A DNA stretch of 64,000 nucleotides from Azolla caroliniana. Its lineage: Eukaryota > Plantae > Polypodiophyta. The stretch is from contig JBHGNT010000001.1 in the NCBI GenBank assembly GCA_043228905.1, forward strand, positions 11,780,001 through 11,844,000. Direction: 5' to 3'. Numbering within the stretch: position 1 is the first letter of the stretch; each line of letters begins with the position of its first letter. Positions 56,494 through 64,000 of the stretch are shown one piece after another. The position numbers and the translations under genes are program-made. The notes below the pieces were generated by a model that made no database searches, was not told the DNA's origin, and saw only the letters and a list, made by a program, of their open reading frames with translations.

Positions 56494-57923
56494 ATCTTCC
56501 CCCTCCGGACCGGATGTCGGGCAGTCTCGCAGAATTGGTGATCGGAGAAGGAGAGTTTGGGGAGGTATCCGGCTCTAGATAGGTGCGTGATGCCGGCCTT
56601 GCTGAGGTGTCCTAATCTTCGGTGCCATAGTGATGACACAGGAATATCCACCAAGAACAGGTTACCCTCTCTGAGCGTAACATGTAACGGATACAGTGAG
56701 TGTATCTTGGGTCCTCTAGCAAGCAGGAGGTTCCCCCTGTGGAGTGTCCACCCTCCCGAAGAAAAACCGGCACGAATGCCGTCTTCATCTAGTTGTCCGA
56801 CTGAAATCAATGGCCTTGAGAGCTCGGGTACATGTCGGACATTGTGGAGTACAAGTGTAGAGCCACCTGCAAGGTTGAGCTCTACTGTGCCGATTCCGAC
56901 GATGTCACAGTGTTGCGAGTTGCCGACCCGAACTGAGTCGGAGTGACGGATCGTATATTGCCGAAATTGGGATCGATGAGGAGTCACGTGAAATGACGCA
57001 CCCGAATCTAAGAGCCATGTGCTCGATTCTTCAGTCGTGAGTAGAACTTCTGATCCGACTGGATTTTCGATTGATAGTATATTCGGGTCGTCCGGTAGTA
57101 CATCAGCTGAGAAGCTGACGTGATTGATCTCCTCATGCCGGCCACTCTTCTTGTTGTTCTTGTTCTTGAGTGCGCGGCAGTCGGCTTTGATGTGTCCGGG
57201 TTTCTTGCAATAGTTGCAGATTCGGTTATCCCGTGACTGGCTCCGTCTTCGCTGATTGTTCGGCGGCCGTGAGGAATCTCTTCCTCGTGTGTTCGATCGG
57301 TCTGTCGAACCTTGTACTACATAAGCGTCGTCTGTTGAGTCTTTGGCGAAAGACTTTCTCCGAGCTGCTTCGGTCAGGATTGCGCTCGTGACTTCGGAGT
57401 ATTTAACAGCCGTGATTGACGCGTTGCACACGGTTGTGACGAAAGTTTCCCATGATGAGGGAAGGCTGCTCATGAGTATCATTGCTCTGAGTTCATCCTC
57501 GATTGCCGTCCCCTGTGACGAGATTTGGGAGCTTATGCTTTCGTACTCATTGAGGTGTGCTTGAACCGAGTCGGATTCTTTCATCCGCAAGTTGTAGAGG
57601 CGCCGGATCAGAAACATCTTCGTTGCGGCGACCTTCTTTTCGTAAGTGTCCGACAGTGTTTTCCACAGTTCGAATGCTGTCGTACACGATTGCACCGTAA
57701 AGTATACCGATTCCGATAGGTGCATCCGAATCGTGGCGCGGACGATTCTGTCCAGCTTCTGCCACTCAATTGGTTTGTATCCTTCTGGAGGTTCTTCATT
57801 TTCGATGGGATCGATTTGCCCCTTGACTATGAGATAGTCCTGCATTTGTTCCTTCCAGAAGTTAAAGTTCGATCCATCGAACTTTCGTAGACTCATTTCT
57901 GACGAGCCGGATGTTGATGCCAT
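56490..57923 (-). CDS. Copia D Gag-protease-pre-integrase ORF, truncated at the deletion junction
   Basis: Motifs KFDGSNFNFWK, CNYCKKPGHIKADC, WLLDSGASFH, LWHRRLGH...FCE, then the frame is lost at ~56528. Confidence 0.9.
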   Translation of the reverse strand: MASTSGSSEMSLRKFDGSNFNFWKEQMQDYLIVKGQIDPIENEEPPEGYKPIEWQKLDRIVRATIRMHLSESVYFTVQSCTTAFELWKTLSDTYEKKVAATKMFLIRRLYNLRMKESDSVQAHLNEYESISSQISSQGTAIEDELRAMILMSSLPSSWETFVTTVCNASITAVKYSEVTSAILTEAARRKSFAKDSTDDAYVVQGSTDRSNTRGRDSSRPPNNQRRRSQSRDNRICNYCKKPGHIKADCRALKNKNNKKSGRHEEINHVSFSADVLPDDPNILSIENPVGSEVLLTTEESSTWLLDSGASFHVTPHRSQFRQYTIRHSDSVRVGNSQHCDIVGIGTVELNLAGGSTLVLHNVRHVPELSRPLISVGQLDEDGIRAGFSSGGWTLHRGNLLLARGPKIHSLYPLHVTLREGNLFLVDIPVSSLWHRRLGHLSKAGITHLSRAGYLPKLSFSDHQFCETARHPVRRGKI

Positions 57924-60529
57924 CAAATTCGGTTTCGGTTGACGAAGCTCGGTTCGGAGTTGACTGTGAACCTTGTTGGAGTGCAGCCGGTTGGCTCACC
58001 CGATATCGTTCTAGTCGGATTTGAACCCGAGTCGGTTCGGCTTCGGATATATGTATTGTTGAACTTGCTCGAATTGACTCCGGTAACTTGAGGGACAGAA
58101 CCGACTGGTCTTCCCGAATGTCGCCGAGTCGGAGTGAGCCCGGTTCGCTTCGGATATATATGCCGAATACCGATTATTGAAACCGATTATCTGGACCGAT
58201 TCGGCTTCGGGTGACTGCAGCGACAAGAGAGACGGATCCGACTGATCCTCCCGAATGTCGATCAGCCAGATGAAGCACGAATTTGGGTTGTTGTCAAAGT
58301 TGCACAAGGGGATTTCACCTCGAGCGGTTACGATCACAAGGGACAGAGTACAACCTGCTGGCTTACTCCAAGCAAGGGGATCTAACGCGATGAGGTGCAA
58401 ACCTCGTTTTTGTTCTTCTTCTCTCTTTCTTCGAATGACGCGAATACTGTGCAGGCCGTGATGAAGTGAAGAACCGAATGCTGTGCAGGCGGTGATGACG
58501 GCCGAACCTCTGCTCTGATACCAGATGTTGGAAGCGAGGTCGTGTCGATGCGGAAGATCAAGAAGCATTCAGTTCTGTTCTGAGTACCTGCGTATGAGAG
58601 ATTGTAGGTCGTTGCACAGAGAGAGAGAGAGAGACAAAGAGGCACAAAAGACACTCTATTTCATAAAGCAGTAATACAACAACCAACCTCACAAAGAGGT
58701 TACAAGGTCACTATATATAGTGACCGACTTAGGGCAACTACCCTTTATGCTAATTACATAAATGGCCAAAACGGGATAGTGTGAATACGTCCATTATACA
58801 CATGTATTCGACAGTATGGATGTGTGGGAAAGATAGTGGACGACAGAGGAGAGCTGAACGCTCACGAAGCTACAGAGCTCTTTGACCGACTTGGAGTGAA
58901 GCTCTCTCTCATGACCGCTTATAACCCGGAGGCTAATGGAAAGATAGAACGCGGACACGGGCCTATCGTAAAAGCCATTGTACGAGCTTGTGATGGGTGA
59001 GTCGGGAATTGGCCTCGGTTACTACCTTATGCCTTGTGGGCCGATAGAACAACTCATAGCTCAGTTATAGGTTTCATGTCAACTGAACTCATGTACGGAC
59101 AAAAGCCGGTGATGCCCATTGAAGACACGATCGCTTCATGGGTAGCGATGCTGTGGGAAAACGAGATGACTTGAGAAGAGCTTCTAGCCAAAAGGATAAG
59201 GCAACTTGAGAGAAGACCCGAAGACTTGGAGTTGGCAAAGGAGAGGTTAGAAGCGGCTAGGCTAAGTAACAAAGCCCAATTCGACAAGACACACTGACTA
59301 CGCCCTCGGAAGATCGAAGAAGGAGATTGGGTGATTGTATATGATAGTAGTCTCGACAATCAACATAGCTCGATGTGGAAATTCGCAAAACGATGGTTCG
59401 GGTCGTACGTGGTAACGAGTGCAAACGATAATCCTACCTACCATCTCGCTGAACTCGATGGAACTAAGCTGGTTGTACTGATAGCCAGGAAGTGGGTCAA
59501 AATCTTCAAAAAGCGACACGACAAGGAGCCAAACCTCGATGACTTTGACGAAGATAAAGGCGAGCAAACAACAAGCCACGGGGTCAATGAGGAGGAGGAA
59601 ATGAACTATTGACCACCCACAACTCACCATTCTTGGCACATACCGGAGGATGTGCGGTTTGGTGGGGGTGGATGTCGTGATGTGGCGTGCTCGAGAGTGG
59701 GAAAAATCGGCGAAAGGGGGGTCAAAATGTGCATGTGCAATGAGTGTGCACACAAAGGTGATTAATTGTGCATATGCAAAATAAAAAGGAAAAGAAAGGG
59801 TGGAAAAGAGGTATAGAAGCTCATGCAAAAAGTAAGAGAGAGGAGAGATAAAAGGCAGAGGGGAGACAGGCTATGAATTTATAGAGATAGAATTAATATA
59901 AGAGAGAGTTAGTAGGATAGTGGATAGTCACATTGACTACTAGCTAAAGGTGCACGGTTCAAATATAGTCTTACAGTGTATCATGATTTAAGGAATTTTA
60001 TTCCTTTTTCATTAAAGACAAAATTGGCGACCCCCCTTCCCCTTTTTCCTATAAAAGGAGGTCGAGGGGGGCTCATTCGGGAGGACGTTTTGGGGAGGAG
60101 GAGACTATCGCCAATTTTCCTTCGAAGCTCTTCATCTTCTTATTCACCACTTCTCTTCATCTCCTACCCCTTCATCCCCCCATTGCCACGTGCTCGTCTT
60201 CTTCGCGTCGGCACTCGAAGTGCTCGTGAGCCCAAGCTTCGTTGGTTCGACGTTGCTCCGCCCCGTTTGTCGTTGCGAGTCGTTCGGGTGGTCGTGGTTC
60301 GTTGGGATTGGCATTTTGGTGGTGCTCGTGTGTTCATCTTCGCCGTGTTCGGATTTGCTTTTGTCTCTAAGGGCATTTAATATTTATGTTTTGATTGAGC
60401 TTGTGGTTAACTATAAGTTGCCATTGTAAACAAAACCTTATTTTATAAAGGGCCCTCTTGCGTTGGAATCGAACACGTATTTATCTCATTGGTCGATATC
60501 ATCCGTGTTTCTTTCTCTCCTTCTTTCTT

Positions 60530-61265
60530 TATTCGTGTCTTCCTTGTACGTTTGGCTATCTTGTGACGAGGGAGCGTTTCGGGCGTGCCCATGCACCTCT
60601 CCTCCTCATAAAGACATACGAGTATTTGTGCATGTGTTTGTGTCTTCCGTGTACGTTTGGCCGTCTTGTAACGAGGGACCGTTTCGGGTTCGCCCATGCC
60701 CCTCTCCTCCTCATAAAGGCGTATGAGCATTTTGTGCGTGTGTTTGTCTTTCTTATACGTTCGGCCATCTTGTGACGAGGGGACCGTTCGGGCTTGCCCA
60801 TGCACCTCTCCTCCTCATAAAGGTGTACGAGCATTTGTGTGTGTGTTTGTGTCTTCCTTATACGTTCGGCCGTCTTGTGACGAGGGAGCGTTTCTGGTGT
60901 GCCCATGCACCTCTCCTCCTCATAAAGACGTACGAGCATTTGTGTGTGTGTTTGTGTCTTCCTTGTACATTCGGTCGTCTTGTGACGAGGGACCGTTTCG
61001 GGCTTGCCCATGCACCTCTCCTCCTCATAAAGGCGTACGAGCATTTTGTGTGTGTGTTTGTGTCTTCTTTGTACGTTCGGCCGTCTTGTGACGAGGGGGC
61101 ATTTCGGGCGTGCCCATGCACCTCTCCTCCTCATAAAGACGTACGAGCATTTGTGCATGTGTTTTGTGTCGTCCTCGTACGTTCGACGTCTTGTGACGAG
61201 GGAGCGTTCGGGCGTGCCCATGCACCTCTCCTCCTCATAAAGACGTACAGACATTTGTGTTTGTG
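60530..61265. repeat. Tandem array of ~105-bp units (7 copies) in the 3' LTR of element A
   Basis: The same core as in the 5' LTR recurs at 60588, 60693, 60797, 60902, 61007, 61113 and 61217. Confidence 0.95.
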
Positions 61266-62329
61266 TTATCGTCCCCTTGTGCGTTCATGTTGCGTGCTCA
61301 TCTTGTTTGTACCCTTTTGGTCACTTGGCTCGCGCGGTGATCTCGCAAGGTCGATGAGTCGTGATCAACGAGAGCCACCGGCCTCACAAAACAAAGGGCA
61401 ACGAGACCCTGCTCGGGAAGGGGTCGGGGAGTAGTATTGTCGTCACGCAAACCTCGGGTCTTCTCTATCCCTTGAGTACTCCGTAGTCCAAGACCGTCGT
61501 GGTCCCGCCCAAGTAACACACGTGTGCGAAACTTCATGACAACGGGTTCATTGGCTACAAGAGAACTGAGGATGATGTATCGCAAATGCACTATCTTGCA
61601 AGATGATTGCCCGTGAGGGAAAGCATGTAATAACAATACAATATTCAACCATGTGAATTTCCACAAAAAATGCCACGAGCCTTCTTGACCCATAATAACT
61701 TGTTCGATCGACTAGTAGGGAGAAGGTAAAAAGTAACACTAACATATAATACGGCCTAATAACATGTATACTATTGGTATCTTTTAAACTATCATCACCC
61801 GTGGTCCAGAAATAGTACAGTTACCACCTAATAATTTACTTATTGTTCATTCCTTGATAATTAATTTTAACAATTGCCTAATCCCATGTGGAATCATCAC
61901 CTTTGGTTCTTTAAATATCTCGTTCCTTTGATATGATTTTTGCTTATAGATTTATCATTCTACACAATTTCCATTTGATGTGGCGCAAAATCATTGGCCA
62001 AAAGGAAGAGTACGGTGATGTGATGTGAATCCATTGGTCACAGAGAAGGGAGTGGTTAGTTTGGTAAAAACCCATTAATTAAATCCAAAAAAGGAAATAT
62101 TTGGCCATAAGAGAGAAGCATGGGCGAACAACTTTTCATCAACTAGGATTTTTTAAAGGGAAAAACATAAGTTAGATCGAACCCTAGCATGAAATTTCAA
62201 CTAGCTATGAAAAACCATTTATACCACTTGCATCGTTCATGTCATTTACAATCTTGATATGTTTAGAAATTGGTAAAAAATCATAGACCTACCCTCATCT
62301 CTCTCTCTTTATGAGATTAACCCACGTCT

Positions 62330-63868
62330 TTTACGACTCTGTTTTTGGAATTGCCATGGATACCCATGGAATGCTTGATTTAGCATAGAGGAGTTCACCA
62401 ATGACTCAGATATCATATTTCTTGTTGAAACATGGGAGCATGATACTCAAAGGATTCAAGGTTTAGGAAACTATAATGTGCACTCTTTGATATGGGAGAA
62501 AAACCCAAGACAAAGAAGAGGACAAGGAGGGGTGACGTGTTTCATTAAGAAGGAAATAGAGAAATATGTGTCAATCATAAAAAATGATGAACATAAATGC
62601 TACATATGGCTTAAAATAGAAACACCTAATGATTTGCCCACTTTTGTAGTTGGATGTTATATTCCTCATCAAGATTCTACCTTTTATGCTTGTTTGGATC
62701 AAGATCAACCTTTTGCCAATCTAGAAGATAATGTTGCTTATTTCAAATCTAAAGGGGACGTTACTGTCTTTGGTGACATGAATGCTTATACAAGAAGTTT
62801 CCAACTTCATTCACAAGAATCTTTCATGCCACATATCTCAAGGATGCAAGAGGATATGCAAATGTATAGCCGCTCTTCTAGCAATGAAAAAGATCCGAAC
62901 CAATTTGGGAAGTTACTCCTACAAATGTACAATAGTATCGAATTGCTTATTGCAAATGGTGTTTCCTTATGGCCCAACACTAATGGTTTTACATGTAGAA
63001 AACACAACGGAAATAGTGTGATTGACTATGTGCTACTTTCCGAAGGTATTTTGGATCGTATACATAACTTTTCACTTGGTGAATGGACACCAAAATCCAA
63101 TCATAAGGCTTTATGTATTGATCTCAAATGTATGCATAGGTTTGATTGTGAGAAGGCCATTGAAGATAAGAAACAACCGCACTTGAGCATGAACCTTAAG
63201 TGAGTGCCCATGTATTCTAAGATGGTTGAGGATATGCTACAAATGACAAAGATACAACATGGCGCCACACTAGAATGCAAATGGGAAGCTTTTAATAAAG
63301 CCATTCTCTCTTGTACAAACAAATGTTATTCGACCAACCGCACATCTTGGAAATGCACCAAGAAATTTAGGAAAAAATAGTTTGATAAAGAATGTTGTGA
63401 AGCTCGAAAGTGCCTTATGGTTTTGGATGTAGTTAAGGATAAAGAAAATTACCAAAAGCATTTGCATGAGTATATAAAGGCTTATTCAAAGAAAGAGACG
63501 AATATGGGAAGTTACTCAACAATTTCTCCAAACGCAAGAGAAAGCACATGCAGGTGCTTAATTTTGGGGAAATCTAAAGGGGACACATGTTGAGCGTTAT
63601 GGTGACTTAACTCTTCACGACTTTGTCTATGCATTGTGAGAATTTATATGAGTTATCTCTTGCAAGAAAGATGATGCGTTAATGGTTCTCTTTCACATAT
63701 GTCTCCCTTCTTTACAATTTAAGATATATAGAAATTGACCTCTCGAAAGGCAAGTGATCTTCAATGTATAAAGGTTGAAATGCAAATGGACGGGAAAGGA
63801 AGTACATGTATGGATAAGCCATATGTTTAATGATGCATTGCAACATGGTATGTCGTATGATTTGTCGT
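62330..63868 (+). mobile_element. Degenerate non-LTR retrotransposon ORF2 fragment (APE endonuclease plus start of the RT region); does not look L1-like (RTEX/L2-like)
   Basis: FWNCHG, LVETW, GQGGV, GCYIP, GDMNA, NQFGKLLL...LLIANG, NSVIDY, SNH, then (W>stop)FDKECCEAR and SHMFN..QHG. Several stops and frameshifts; 3' truncated. Confidence 0.8.
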
Positions 63869-64000
63869 GACTCATGAGTAGGACAGAGAGGGAGAAAGAG
63901 TTAACTTACACACATCCTCACCCATCGATGAAGAGATGAACCGCTCCATCGCACCTGCCTCTGCATGCATACACATAGGTCTGCCTCACGCCTCAATCTT

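Larger units (their letters stand above)
55311..58813 (-). mobile_element. Ty1/Copia element D, internally deleted (lacks integrase core and most of RT), inserted in the integrase of A
   Basis: LTRs 55311-55610 and 58526-58813 are identical except for GA-microsatellite length. TSD GTATG at 55306-55310 and 58814-58818. PBS at 58512-58523; PPT at 55611-55617. Confidence 0.96.
52610..59612 (+). pseudogene. Element A pol (52610-55310 plus 58819-59612), split by Copia D, with many stops and frameshifts
   Basis: Fragments 52809-53147, 53181-53990, 54009-54392, 54196-54951, 54941-55310 and 59331-59612 are colinear with element B pol. DVIYRY|GCVGKIV joins across the GTATG TSD. Confidence 0.9.
37021..61541 (+). 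mobile_element. Ty3/Gypsy element A (old, degenerate; host of the nest)
   Basis: LTRs 37021-38551 and 59673-61541 (TGTCG...GACA). 4-bp TSD ACGG at 37017-37020 and 61542-61545. PBS TGGTGAACCCGACGTGAA at 38557-38574 (tRNA-Trp). PPT GGTGGGGGTGGA at 59661-59672. Domain order gag-PR-RT-RH-INT, with stops and frameshifts. Confidence 0.95.

Noticed and set aside
60530-61265. Regularly spaced repeats resembling a CRISPR array (also 37855-38275), plus repetitive ORFs over them
   Set aside because: The sequence between the conserved cores is itself repeated, so there are no unique spacers. There are no cas genes and the context is a eukaryotic LTR. The ORFs arise because the ~105-nt unit is a multiple of three.

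Overview
Eukaryotic land-plant nuclear DNA, probably a fern or other seed-free vascular plant (inferred from intron style and TE lineages). I reconstructed three spliced host genes by hand: a HY5/HYH-type bZIP (+, 4060-6518, 4 exons); a full-size ABCB/P-glycoprotein transporter (-, 16506-7814, 11 coding exons, one apparent GC-AG intron); and a small At2g27730-like mitochondrial protein (complex I P2-like; -, 36585-30784, 3 exons) that the ORF track misses. The rest is dominated by TEs: an intact full-length L1 LINE with TSD (20252-26648), several MITE/hAT/solo-LTR/Helitron/LINE relics, and a 24.5-kb nest of four LTR retrotransposons (37021-61541) just upstream of the mitochondrial gene. In the nest, an old Gypsy (A) holds an intact Copia (C) and an internally deleted Copia (D), and a very young Gypsy (B) related to A sits in C's 3' LTR. 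The strongest signal is in A and B: tRNA-Trp PBS, 4-bp CpG-containing TSDs, an FLDD RT motif, and a gag-protease/pol junction with a -1 slippery site followed by a predicted H-type pseudoknot whose stem shows compensatory changes between the two elements. All coordinates were read by eye; no searches were run.
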